IMG/VR virus record: IMGVR_UViG_3300045988_102022
DNA from: a virus
Length of the DNA: 63,947 nt
Reading direction: 5' to 3' (one strand)
Position numbers and translations under genes: made by a program. Below the pieces are notes generated by a model that was not told where the DNA came from, made no database searches, and saw only the letters and a program-made list of their open reading frames with translations. Position 1 is the stretch's first letter, and the number at the start of each line of letters is the position of its first letter. Of this stretch, positions 32,441-41,082 are shown in pieces.

Positions 32441-32958
32441 TGTTGCTCCTCCGTTACAGCCAGAAATTTTAACACTCTGCCTGTATTACTGATTCTGTAT
32501 TCTTCCAGGTCATCACGATTTAGGTACTGCCTTCCATATAGTGACTTCATGTTCTCCCATACAAGAAAAGGCACGTTGTAAAAATCTGTCAGATTAAACG
32601 ATACCAGGATAAAGCACCTTGCTCCTAAAAAGTGATGAACCTTAAGGTATTCTAGCTGGTGCGGTTCAAGTCTGCTTCGCAGCATCTTGTCGCCGTCGGT
32701 GTGCTTCGCTTCAAAGCACACCGCTAAACCACCTCTTAACGTTCCCTTATAGTCAACGCCGCTTTTCTTTGCATAATTCGCAATGAACTGTCCATGCGCT
32801 CCATAAGGGCGGATATAATGCACAGGCTCGCTCTGTTTCTCAATCTTCGCAATACCGTGTTCCTCGTAATACTGGCAGCCTGCGTCAATCATCTTTTCAA
32901 AAAACGAACCGCTTGCCTTGCTACGCTTGCCTACAAGGATGCTTTTAAGCTGATTCAT
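32437..32958 (-). CDS. recU: RecU-like Holliday junction resolvase
   Basis: GSFFEKMI...IAKIEKQ...VDYKG...CFEAKHT pattern typical of RecU. Confidence 0.65.
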   Translation of the reverse strand: MNQLKSILVGKRSKASGSFFEKMIDAGCQYYEEHGIAKIEKQSEPVHYIRPYGAHGQFIANYAKKSGVDYKGTLRGGLAVCFEAKHTDGDKMLRSRLEPHQLEYLKVHHFLGARCFILVSFNLTDFYNVPFLVWENMKSLYGRQYLNRDDLEEYRISNTGRVLKFLAVTEEQQ

Positions 32959-33229
32959 GTTTCTTGTACCCCTTGAATTTCATCCTGCTGAAAGCGTATC
33001 TCAGATAAGCTAAGTCCTGAAGCACGTCGATGTATTCAAACTTATCAACATACACCTTGCTTCTTCCCCACGTGCTAATCAGCTTCATACTAGGATTGTA
33101 GGTCTGGTGATATATCGTTCTGTATAAAAAGCAATATTCGCTGCAAATCTTCTTGAAATCATCTTTCTTTAATTCGATTTCAGTCCACGCCAGCTTACGC
33201 AAGCGGTTAACTTCATCTTTAATCTTCAT
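32945..33229 (-). CDS. Hypothetical protein
   Basis: Start set at the ATG at 33229 (GTGAGGT SD). Confidence 0.45.
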   Translation of the reverse strand: MKIKDEVNRLRKLAWTEIELKKDDFKKICSEYCFLYRTIYHQTYNPSMKLISTWGRSKVYVDKFEYIDVLQDLAYLRYAFSRMKFKGYKKHESA

Positions 33230-33241
33230 GTTATACCTCAC

Positions 33242-33652
33242 TTAAAACGGAATTTTCTCATTAAAAGGTACTGCGCTGCCAAAACCTTGGAAGTCCTGGC
33301 TTTCTTCTCCCGGTGTATGCTGAGATTCGCCGCCTTGCTCTCTACGCTCAATGAATTCAAAATGCTCTGCAATAACCTCGGTTACATATTTCTTTTGACC
33401 GTCTTTAGCGTCATAGCTGCGAATTTGCAGTCTGCCTTCAACTAACACACGCTGTCCCTTACTAAGATAATTGCCACAGATTTCAGCCTGTTTACCCCAG
33501 ATAACCACAGGAATGAAGTCCGCTTCACGCTGTTTGTCTTTGGAATAAGGTCTGTCCACAGCAAGCGTGAACTGAGCAACAACCTTGCTTGTAGAAGTGT
33601 ATCTTACCTCCGGGTCTTTTGTTAGTCTTCCTAATAAAATGATTTTGTTCAT
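33242..33652 (-). CDS. ssb: Single-stranded DNA-binding protein
   Basis: MNKIILLGRLTKDPEVRY OB-fold N-terminus; acidic C-terminal tail ending IPF. Confidence 0.85.
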   Translation of the reverse strand: MNKIILLGRLTKDPEVRYTSTSKVVAQFTLAVDRPYSKDKQREADFIPVVIWGKQAEICGNYLSKGQRVLVEGRLQIRSYDAKDGQKKYVTEVIAEHFEFIERREQGGESQHTPGEESQDFQGFGSAVPFNEKIPF

Positions 33653-33873
33653 GCTTTTTGTTCCTTTCTCTTTAACGGATTGTCCTGGCAGAAAATTTCG
33701 CCGCCTTCTTTTTTGATTTTTGCTTTGATTTCGGCAATAGCTTTATGCAGATAATAAACCTCGCCGCTGTCATGATACATATTGATATAAAAATTTACTA
33801 TTGTCGTAAAATATCTCTTATCTTTATCACGATTTGCGCTTTCAGTGATTCTTGTAAGCTCTTTAGCGTCCAT
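33649..33873 (-). CDS. Hypothetical protein
   Basis: 74-aa ORF. Confidence 0.45.
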   Translation of the reverse strand: MDAKELTRITESANRDKDKRYFTTIVNFYINMYHDSGEVYYLHKAIAEIKAKIKKEGGEIFCQDNPLKRKEQKA

Positions 33874-33882
33874 AATTCCCTC

Positions 33883-34740
33883 CTATAATCCTAATAATTT
33901 GTTGGTAGCAGCAAAGCCTTCTGCAACTTTCTTCCTGCGTCTGCTTACGTGTGTAACCTCTACCGGGTGGCACATCTGCAAAATGCGGTCATAGATTCTT
34001 GTTTCCGTTATCGTCTGCGGCTTTTTGATTGTTTCAATCGGCAAATTTGTTGTGATGATTGTAGGCAATCCGCTCCGGCAACGGCTGTCGATGATCTGGA
34101 ACACCAGCTCCTGAGCAAACTCCGTGCGCCGTTCTGTCCCTAAATCATCAAGCACTAACAACTCAAATTGATTAAATCCGTCAAGATACGCTTGCTTTTG
34201 TTCAGTGCCCCACAGTGTATTGAACACTCTGCCAAAATTAGTCATTAAGCAAGCTACGCCTTTATCAATTAGTGCATTGACCACACACGCAGCGGCGAAC
34301 GTCTTTCCGCTTCCGGAATTTCCGTAAAGCAGCAATCCTTTATGCATCCCGCGAAAATCATCGTAATGCTCAACGAAATTCTTCATTGCTCGCATCGTCC
34401 GCTCGTCTGCGCCGTCATCGTGGCTAAACGTCTGTGACTGAAGCTCACGCTCCGGGAAGCCAGCTTTTCTAAGCTCTTGTACCCTAGCAAGTCGCTTTTC
34501 ATGTTCCTCACGTTCACGCTCTGCCTGAAGCTCTTCCGCTCTGCACTTGCAGATACAGGTTACAGTTCGTTCAACACCAAACAAGAAACCTCTGCATTGC
34601 TTCGGCGTGTGACATTTACCACACATAAGCAATCCGTTTTCGTAATAATCATTTGCGTTTTGCTTATTAAGCTGTGAAGCATTTTTAGCAATGTGATTTA
34701 CAGCAAGCGTAATTGAATTCTGAACATCATTCGCATTCAT
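33883..34740 (-). CDS. DnaC/IstB-like helicase-loader ATPase
   Basis: Walker A GNSGSGKT, Walker B LLVLDDLG, N-terminal CGKC zinc motif. Confidence 0.7.
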   Translation of the reverse strand: MNANDVQNSITLAVNHIAKNASQLNKQNANDYYENGLLMCGKCHTPKQCRGFLFGVERTVTCICKCRAEELQAEREREEHEKRLARVQELRKAGFPERELQSQTFSHDDGADERTMRAMKNFVEHYDDFRGMHKGLLLYGNSGSGKTFAAACVVNALIDKGVACLMTNFGRVFNTLWGTEQKQAYLDGFNQFELLVLDDLGTERRTEFAQELVFQIIDSRCRSGLPTIITTNLPIETIKKPQTITETRIYDRILQMCHPVEVTHVSRRRKKVAEGFAATNKLLGL

Positions 34741-34752
34741 GCTATCACCTCA

Positions 34753-35664
34753 CTAAAAATATTTGTCCAGGTCTGTTTGGTCGTCCGGCGGTTTAAAATC
34801 ATCCGGCGGTTTCTTTGGCTTTTGATTGTCACCGCTCGCAAGGTTTCTTGCAACTCCCTCACAATAGGCTATTGACTTCTTGCCTTGCTGCGCTGTTATC
34901 GTAACCGCCTGCATAGCTATAAGCTCGCCGTGCTCCTTAGCAATAGCCTGTAACCGCTCTGCAATGTATGGCGTTATCGGCGTAACATTTTGATTCCAAA
35001 AGCCAACAGGATTATTATCGCTCGTAACATTTTCGTAACTGTTACACGTAACGGCAGCATTTTTATCGTAACAACCACTACTAAAGTTGTTGTTGTTACT
35101 CTTACTCTTATTCTCTTTCTTATTCTTACTCTTATTCTTATCCGTAACATCTGTGTTTGTTACATCGTTGTTACGTGTAACATCTTGACTTGTTACGCTT
35201 TTGTTACACGTAACATCTTCGTAACATTTCGTAACATCTGTGTTTGTTACGTCATTGTTACAGGTTTTGGATTGCTTCTCACGCTGCCTTTTAACTCTCA
35301 TTGCTTCCTTGCACCGCTCACGCTCCTTGAGCTTTGAAAGCTCTTCGGCGTTCTGATACTCACCCCAGCCTACAATATAGATATAGCCGTTATCCTCTAT
35401 ATCTATCATGTTATACTGCTGAAATACTTCTAATGCAGCTTCCGCAATTTTAGGCTTAAAACCACCAACAGCAGCTAAGGTTTTGGGTGTATACGCTACA
35501 CCTTCGGTAGCGTATACATAACCACCATCATTTTTTTTGCGAGCTAGAGCTAACAGGAAGAACCACATTAATGCCAGGCTATCACCAATCTTCGTATCAG
35601 CACGCAGTATCTTAATCTTGTCACTGTCGAATACATCAGCACTAACCTTGAACCAGCTCTCCAT
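34753..35664 (-). CDS. Replisome organizer / replication initiator (DnaD-like)
   Basis: N-terminus MESWFKVSADVFDSDKIKIL...LMWFFLLALA is typical of the phage replisome-organizer N-domain; iterons lie inside the gene. Confidence 0.65.
   Translation of the reverse strand: MESWFKVSADVFDSDKIKILRADTKIGDSLALMWFFLLALARKKNDGGYVYATEGVAYTPKTLAAVGGFKPKIAEAALEVFQQYNMIDIEDNGYIYIVGWGEYQNAEELSKLKERERCKEAMRVKRQREKQSKTCNNDVTNTDVTKCYEDVTCNKSVTSQDVTRNNDVTNTDVTDKNKSKNKKENKSKSNNNNFSSGCYDKNAAVTCNSYENVTSDNNPVGFWNQNVTPITPYIAERLQAIAKEHGELIAMQAVTITAQQGKKSIAYCEGVARNLASGDNQKPKKPPDDFKPPDDQTDLDKYF
34982..35262. repeat. Iteron cluster (candidate replication origin) inside the initiator gene
   Basis: At least 15 GTAAC/GTTAC units; 20-mer gtaacatctgtgtttgttac at 35144..35163 and 35231..35250; palindrome gttacacgtaac at 35041 and 35203. 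Confidence 0.6.
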
Positions 35665-35741
35665 GTTGCCCTCCTACAATAATTTCTTCCATAATGGCTG
35701 CCGTCTAAGTAATCTTACATACTTCATGAGTGCTTTCTTTC

Positions 35742-36023
35742 TCATAGATAATTTCTACCTACTTTCTCTAACCACTCGTCCCGGCTATGTTTATCTTCAT
35801 AACAGGTTTGAGCAAATCGCCTTAACCGCAAGTCTGTTTCCCTGTCCAAATGAGGTCCGAGTTTTCCTTTGTGATGTTCGTAGCATAGCCAGATTGTTAA
35901 ACCCAGCTTGTCCGAAATCTTTCTCCCGGCTGCTTCAAATATCACATGATGGCGCTCCAGGTTACAGGTTGTACCGCACATAAAGCACTCCTTGTCACTC
36001 TGTAATATGCTTTTCTTACTCAT
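35742..36023 (-). CDS. HNH-like zinc-binding protein
   Basis: Start set at the ATG at 36023; CFMCG...LERHHV...LCYEHHKG. Confidence 0.45.
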   Translation of the reverse strand: MSKKSILQSDKECFMCGTTCNLERHHVIFEAAGRKISDKLGLTIWLCYEHHKGKLGPHLDRETDLRLRRFAQTCYEDKHSRDEWLEKVGRNYL

Positions 36024-37026
36024 TTTTTTCGCTTTCTGGCGTCTTGAACACCGCATTATCAGAAACAACATTAAGAGGCTTAACATTGGCAGCTTCTTCA
36101 ATTTCTGCTGCGCTAAAATCTTCTTGCTGTTCTTTCATCTCGGGGATTTCTGCCTGTGCTGCTTCTATCAGCTCTAAGCGTTCCCTTATTGCGTTATGCG
36201 CTAAACTATAATTTGGAGCTTGAAGCAGTTGCTCTAGCTGATCGTATGTCAGTTCTACAATATCTGTCATACCATTACGAGTACGCACATACGCTTTTCC
36301 ATATTCAAGCTTAACGAATTTATTTTCCGTGATTTCTACACCACTATCACACCATTGACGAATCTTTTTGCCGATCTGCGGAGTAATTACTTCACACCAA
36401 TCAACAAATAATCCGGTTCTGTCTTTTGTAGCAGCGGCCATATGACGCTCAACACTAATGTCAAACATTACTGTAAATTCATATTCTAAGCCGTCTCGCT
36501 GAATAGGAGCTAATCCCATTTTTATCGGCATTTTTTTGCCTTTTTCATTCTCTACAATCTCATATGCCTGCTTGCTTCTCATGCAAACAATTACGTCCAT
36601 TTTTGCTTGGAGAATTGCGTCAACAAGCTTATTTTGCTTCGGAGTAGCGTCCTTCCATGCAGTAAAGCTATTACCGCTTCTTGTTGTCGCCGCTTTCTTA
36701 TCAACAAAATCAAGAACGCCGCCTTCACCTGCCCACGCATGAGATAAACTGTCAATAATCAACACGTTATATCCTGCTTGCTCTGCCTCATGGATGTAAT
36801 CAATGTACTTTTCCGGTGTAAAGGGTGCTGACATCGGAGCTACATCGTATTCGCACAGATTACTGTACAGCTCACCGCTGCCGTTTTCCGTATCTATCAT
36901 TGCAATCTTATCACCTAATCCTTGCGCCAACTGCAATGCGCTGTAGGTTTTACCGCTGCCACTAACACCGGTAATAGCAATTTTCAAAAACGCTTTTTTG
37001 CGTTCAGCCTTTTTAAACAGTCCCAT
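36016..37026 (-). CDS. Sak4/AAA_24-like RecA-fold ATPase
   Basis: FLKIAITGVSGSGKTYSAL Walker A; LIIDSLSHAW. Confidence 0.6.
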   Translation of the reverse strand: MGLFKKAERKKAFLKIAITGVSGSGKTYSALQLAQGLGDKIAMIDTENGSGELYSNLCEYDVAPMSAPFTPEKYIDYIHEAEQAGYNVLIIDSLSHAWAGEGGVLDFVDKKAATTRSGNSFTAWKDATPKQNKLVDAILQAKMDVIVCMRSKQAYEIVENEKGKKMPIKMGLAPIQRDGLEYEFTVMFDISVERHMAAATKDRTGLFVDWCEVITPQIGKKIRQWCDSGVEITENKFVKLEYGKAYVRTRNGMTDIVELTYDQLEQLLQAPNYSLAHNAIRERLELIEAAQAEIPEMKEQQEDFSAAEIEEAANVKPLNVVSDNAVFKTPESEKNE

Positions 37027-37032
37027 AATTCA

Positions 37033-37233
37033 CTACTCCTTATTTGCCCGGTCAATTTTGTACGCTTCTTCGTACTCTTTGATGCTATTCAGAATTCTTT
37101 CGCAGTTTGATTTCATAAGCATTGCGGCTTTGTGAAATTCCTCATCGTTTTTGCCAAGCCCGGCAAAATCGGTAAAGTTAGCTGTCTCAACGTCGAAACA
37201 TAAGCCGTATCTTGCGTCAGTCAATGCGTTCAT
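37033..37233 (-). CDS. Hypothetical protein
   Basis: 66-aa ORF. Confidence 0.45.
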   Translation of the reverse strand: MNALTDARYGLCFDVETANFTDFAGLGKNDEEFHKAAMLMKSNCERILNSIKEYEEAYKIDRANKE

Positions 37234-37601
37234 ATAACTTCACCTTCCTTAACCAGTTCTTTAAGTCTACTGTGAAGCTTAAGAGTAGTTTCAGCATCCC
37301 AGTGACAGCATTCACAATAACTGCCAACTTTAGGATATGTTTGCATATTTACCGACAAGCTGTTAACGTTATAGCTTAACACATCACCTTCACGCACAGC
37401 CTGTTTTTCCTGGTGGTATCCGAAGTGTTGATATTTACATTTGCCATCCCTGGTACAGTGCGAACACGTCTTAAAGTCTTTCAACCAGCTCTCTTTCGTC
37501 TGCTTGTGCTCACCATGCTTCCTTTTTCTGAAAGCTTCAAATCCTTCCATGCTAAGTCCGCTGCGAGCTAACACGGCGTTGACCTGTTCATTAGTTACCA
37601 T
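37230..37601 (-). CDS. Hypothetical Cys/His-rich protein
   Basis: Start set at the ATG at 37601 (AAGGAGG SD); CSHCTRDGKC ... CECCHW. Confidence 0.45.
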   Translation of the reverse strand: MVTNEQVNAVLARSGLSMEGFEAFRKRKHGEHKQTKESWLKDFKTCSHCTRDGKCKYQHFGYHQEKQAVREGDVLSYNVNSLSVNMQTYPKVGSYCECCHWDAETTLKLHSRLKELVKEGEVI

Positions 37602-37791
37602 ATACATCCTCCTTTTGAATTCCGAAACCAAGCTTTAAATCAGCATAGGCTTTAACCACTCTTCCTTGTGCAGTTGTATAGCCTTTTTGCTGAAGCTCTT
37701 TGTTCCATTCCCTTATAAGCGAGTAGCCTTTTCCAACGCCTACGCCTAAAAGGTTGGCAATATCTTTAGCTGTGTAGAATCTGCTTTCCAT
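37591..37791 (-). CDS. Excisionase/MerR-type HTH protein
   Basis: Start set at the ATG at 37791; YTAKDIANLLGVGVGKGYSLI. Confidence 0.5.
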   Translation of the reverse strand: MESRFYTAKDIANLLGVGVGKGYSLIREWNKELQQKGYTTAQGRVVKAYADLKLGFGIQKEDVYGN

Positions 37792-37860
37792 GTTTGACAA
37801 CCTCTTTTCCGTATGCTATACTATATATGACCTATTTTTTAAACCGATTTCCTTTCGACT

Positions 37861-38331
37861 TTATTTATAGGTTAAAGGCTCTCTATTAGCGTGGGGGGTC
37901 TTTTCTTTTTGCTCTTCTTCAATACCAATCAATACAAGCAAAGCCTGTGCACCTTCACGGCACTCTTTTAAAAGATTGTCACCGAGGTGCTTTTTTTGTA
38001 CCGTTTTCGCTACCATTTGCGGAAACAATTCAACCACTTCACCGACTTCTTTTTGCGCCCTCAACATATTCACTGCTAAATCATCAGCAGGAGGAATAAG
38101 TCCAAAAACGTCGCAGAACACAATGTTCTTTTGCAGGTGCTGTACACGTAACCATGGTGTACGATAGAGTTTTGACATTGCTAGTGCAATAACATCAGGG
38201 CATTGCCGCCAGTCAATCTCATAGTCTTTCAAGCAGCTAGAAGAAATCCCTAGTTTTTCTGCCGCCTTAATGCGGTTCAAACCTGCATATTCTCTAGCTG
38301 TTTTGTAGATATTAGTTTGAGTTTCAGACAT
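37861..38331 (-). CDS. XRE-type HTH regulator with a C-terminal domain
   Basis: TAREYAGLNRIKAAEKLGISSSCLKDYE. Confidence 0.55.
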   Translation of the reverse strand: MSETQTNIYKTAREYAGLNRIKAAEKLGISSSCLKDYEIDWRQCPDVIALAMSKLYRTPWLRVQHLQKNIVFCDVFGLIPPADDLAVNMLRAQKEVGEVVELFPQMVAKTVQKKHLGDNLLKECREGAQALLVLIGIEEEQKEKTPHANREPLTYK

Positions 38332-38396
38332 CTTAAAAAAACTCCTTTATGGTATAATACAAGTATGGCAGTTAACCAATCGTTATAAATCTGCCA

Positions 38397-38693
38397 TCAT
38401 TGATTTTTCACTGTGTAGTAATTAACAGTGACCACATCTCCAGGCTGGAGATAACGGCGGTTGGCGGTCAGGTGCTTATTATCCTCAGATAAGTTGTACC
38501 AAAACTCGTCAAAGCAAATTCTTGTTTTGTTAAGCAGGAAATACTTGTCTGCGATTCCATACATGGTTTCGCCTTCTTGTACAACGTGCGTAATCGTATG
38601 CCTTTGTACCTGGCTGTCCGAAAATCCGCCAATCAAGCTTAAGCAACACCAAGCAAAGATAATGCATACACAGATTTGCAATACCTTTTTCAT
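38397..38693 (-). CDS. Membrane-anchored LysM-domain protein
   Basis: Start set at the ATG at 38693 (AAAGGAG SD); N-terminal TM helix, then HVVQEGETMYGIADKY...LQPGDVVTV. Confidence 0.6.
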   Translation of the reverse strand: MKKVLQICVCIIFAWCCLSLIGGFSDSQVQRHTITHVVQEGETMYGIADKYFLLNKTRICFDEFWYNLSEDNKHLTANRRYLQPGDVVTVNYYTVKNQ

Positions 38694-38698
38694 CTTTT

Positions 38699-38881
38699 TC
38701 ACTCCTTTGTAGCAATTTCCGGTTTTTCTACTACCGTTAAAATTTTGTAATTTCCATGACGATAGCAAGCCCTGAAGCATTTACATGCTTCAGTTTCATT
38801 TTTCTCAGTAAACGTATCAAGTTTTACCTTGCCAGTTTCCAAGTTTTGAAAAACAACTACCCAGTCTTTACATTTATACAT
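38699..38881 (-). CDS. Hypothetical protein
   Basis: 60-aa ORF. Confidence 0.4.
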   Translation of the reverse strand: MYKCKDWVVVFQNLETGKVKLDTFTEKNETEACKCFRACYRHGNYKILTVVEKPEIATKE

Positions 38882-38896
38882 CTCTTCTTCTCTCCT

Positions 38897-39085
38897 TTAC
38901 GCCATTTCATCAATGGTCTTTCCAAAAAATCTAGCAATGTTTTTTGCTACTGTAACATCTGGCTCGTATTTGCATTGCTCAAAATCGCTAATTGTTGTTT
39001 GCGGAATTCCGAGCATCTCTGCCAGTTTTGCTTGGCTAAGACTTCTTGCAAGTCTTAACTGTTTTAGCTTTTGACCAAAACTCAT
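38897..39085 (-). CDS. Cro-like XRE HTH protein
   Basis: LKQLRLARSLSQAKLAEMLGIPQTTISDFE; downstream of the promoter at 39126..39154. Confidence 0.65.
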   Translation of the reverse strand: MSFGQKLKQLRLARSLSQAKLAEMLGIPQTTISDFEQCKYEPDVTVAKNIARFFGKTIDEMA

Positions 39086-39125
39086 ATTTTGCTCCTTTCT
39101 GCGTTAACGGTTTTTCGTTAGCTTT

Positions 39126-39154
39126 ATTATACTACATTTTGCTTCATTTGTAAA
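39126..39154 (-). promoter_or_regulatory. Sigma-A/70-type promoter (TTTACA-17-TATAAT)
   Basis: -35 at 39149..39154, -10 at 39126..39131. A divergent plus-strand extended -10 (TGCTATAAT) lies at 39186..39194. Confidence 0.6.
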
Positions 39155-39229
39155 CGATTTTCCGTTAAAAGATTTTCCTTAACCTTGCTATAATATTCAA
39201 CGAATAAACGTTGAAAGGTGGTCTTTCCA

Positions 39230-39466
39230 ATGACTTCTAACGAATGGATTGCAAACAAGATTAAGGCTCTTTGCGCTCAACACAATATGTCAATCAATAA
39301 GCTTGCTCTTAATGCTTGCATCACGCAATCTACGCTAAACAGTATCATTCAAGGCGAAAGTAAAAATCCTAAAATCTCAACTCTTGCTAAAATCTCGAAT
39401 GTTTTCGGCTTAACGCTTTCACAGTTTCTTGTTGGCGTTGAAGCTGAAACTGACATTTTAGTGTAA
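39230..39466 (+). CDS. XRE-type HTH protein
   Basis: Start set at the ATG at 39230 (AAAGGTGG SD); IKALCAQHNMSINKLALNACITQSTLNSI. Confidence 0.6.
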   Translation: MTSNEWIANKIKALCAQHNMSINKLALNACITQSTLNSIIQGESKNPKISTLAKISNVFGLTLSQFLVGVEAETDILV

Positions 39467-39482
39467 AGCGAGGGGTAATTTC

Positions 39483-39836
39483 ATGAGATTAAACTATGAC
39501 TTAATTCGTGACATTATGTTAAAAATTGAGTTTGAAACTGACGGTCACAGCAACATCTCCCCAACAGGACTTGCTGAAGAATATTTCAATAACTATGACT
39601 TAGATGTAATTTTGTACCATATCAAGTACATTAGAGACGCTGAATTAATCGAACCAGCAAGCGATACTATAATTCTTGACTTAACACCTAAAGGTCACGA
39701 ATTTCTTAACAATATTCGTAGTGCTTCAATTTGGAAAACTACTAAAGAAAAGGTTTATTCTGCTGCTTCTTCTGTTTCTTTAGCTTTGTTAGTAGAATGT
39801 GCTAAACGAGCAGCTGCCAGCTCAATAGGACTATAA
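39483..39836 (+). CDS. Hypothetical (DUF2513-like) protein
   Basis: MRLNYDLIRDIMLKIEFE..; 16 nt after the previous gene. Confidence 0.45.
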   Translation: MRLNYDLIRDIMLKIEFETDGHSNISPTGLAEEYFNNYDLDVILYHIKYIRDAELIEPASDTIILDLTPKGHEFLNNIRSASIWKTTKEKVYSAASSVSLALLVECAKRAAASSIGL

Positions 39837-39982
39837 GGTGTCGTATACAGATTAGCTAAATCTTTAGCTTCATTAAACGCATTATCGAACAAGAAAAACG
39901 GAATTTCTTCCTCATGCAGCACTTGCACGATGCGTTCAGCTGCTTTCCGTGTAGATATTTTCATTTTTGCATTCATGCCCAT
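39755..39982 (-). CDS. Hypothetical protein
   Basis: 75-aa ORF downstream of the Cro-like gene at 39995. Confidence 0.4.
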   Translation of the reverse strand: MGMNAKMKISTRKAAERIVQVLHEEEIPFFLFDNAFNEAKDLANLYTTPYSPIELAAARLAHSTNKAKETEEAAE

Positions 39983-39994
39983 AACATCACTCCT

Positions 39995-40189
39995 TTACGC
40001 TACATCATTTAAGAAGTAATCAACGCTTACACCGAAGTATTCGGCGAGTTTTTGCAATGTCTTTAAACTTGGGGTGTATTTGCCTTGTTTCCAATAGGTA
40101 AGCGACGGAGCGTTAATCCCTGCCTCTTTAGCAATCCTATTAGCCGACAAGCCCTTTTCAAGCATCAGTTTCTCAAATTTACTATACAT
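39995..40189 (-). CDS. Cro-like XRE HTH protein
   Basis: Start set at the ATG at 40189; LMLEKGLSANRIAKEAGINAPSLTYWKQGK. Confidence 0.65.
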   Translation of the reverse strand: MYSKFEKLMLEKGLSANRIAKEAGINAPSLTYWKQGKYTPSLKTLQKLAEYFGVSVDYFLNDVA

Positions 40190-40237
40190 TTTTCGCTCCC
40201 TTCCTTGCACAAAATAATCTACTGTGGTAGAATTGAA

Positions 40238-40340
40238 TTAAAGTAGTTTAATACAAGTACATTTTTAAAGTACTTTAATTTATGTATTAACTTACTATAA
40301 TTATTATACTACTTTAACGTGATTTTGTAAAGTAGTATAA
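40238..40340. promoter_or_regulatory. Operator array (TTAAAGTA-type half-sites) in the divergent switch region
   Basis: ttaaagtagtttaa at 40238..40251; perfect palindrome ttaaagtactttaa at 40265..40278; half-sites tactttaa at 40310..40317 and taaagta at 40328..40334. Confidence 0.55.
40303..40331 (-). promoter_or_regulatory. Sigma-A/70-type promoter (TTTACA-17-TATAAT), lytic-direction switch promoter
   Basis: -35 at 40326..40331, -10 at 40303..40308; an operator half-site lies in the spacer. Confidence 0.6.
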
Positions 40341-40373
40341 CGAAATTTTTTAGGTTTTTTTGGAGAGTTTTAC

Positions 40374-40763
40374 ATGTACGAAAAACTTGCATTACTGCTA
40401 AAACAGCACGGCATCAGTGCTTCAAAGTTAGCAAAAGAGACCGGCATTAGTGCACCTAGCTTGACTTATTGGAAGCAAGGAAAATACACACCGCAAGCAA
40501 AAACCATTCAAGCTATCGCTAATTACTTTAATGTTCCTGTTGCATATTTTTATGATGACACTGAATATGCTTTAGGCATAACGGAGCAGCAAGCTCATGA
40601 CCTGGGCATAGACACCGAAGCAGTAAAACAGCAACTTAACGCCCAGCTTCTCGACGAACAGGCTATTAAGATTGCTAAACAGATTCAGAAGCTTGATGCC
40701 ACCCAAAAAATGGCTATCGAGCAAATTATAAAAGGGCTGTTGCAAGGCAAAGGCAAGGCCTGA
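40374..40763 (+). CDS. CI-like repressor (XRE HTH plus C-terminal domain)
   Basis: LLKQHGISASKLAKETGISAPSLTYWKQGK; divergent from the Cro-like gene. Confidence 0.65.
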   Translation: MYEKLALLLKQHGISASKLAKETGISAPSLTYWKQGKYTPQAKTIQAIANYFNVPVAYFYDDTEYALGITEQQAHDLGIDTEAVKQQLNAQLLDEQAIKIAKQIQKLDATQKMAIEQIIKGLLQGKGKA

Positions 40764-41024
40764 CTTCCCCTTCGCCAGCATGGCATAATACCTTGCAATC
40801 TAAAGGAAGGAGGTTAAAACGAAGTCGATGTCATACCACTAACGAGTATGCACAGCTGATTCGACAATTATCAACAGAGCATGTGTATTTCCTGCTACTC
40901 TGCATAGAAATTGCCAACCAACTGGTTGCAAAAAAGCAAGCTGAGACAACACGGACTTAATGATTCAACTTGATGTTAGGGGGATTCCTTTTGGGAGTTA
41001 TTTTGTAGAAAAACTACAGCGAAA

Positions 41025-41053
41025 AGAGGGCGCATATGTCCGTCCTCTTTTTT
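41025..41053 (+). terminator. Intrinsic terminator
   Basis: AGAGGGCG-CATATGTC-CGTCCTCT followed by TTTTTT. Confidence 0.5.
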
Positions 41054-41082
41054 CGTATGTATATTAAAGAAGAGGTTGTATA

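Noticed and set aside
40764-41024. Possible small gene or pseudogene after the CI-like repressor gene (frame encoding ..RCHTTNEYAQLIRQLSTEHVYFLLLCIEIANQLVAKKQAETTRT)
   Set aside because: There is no ATG or GTG with a correctly spaced SD. The AAGGAGG at 40807..40813 is followed only by a 4-codon ORF. It is left unannotated as a possible gene remnant.
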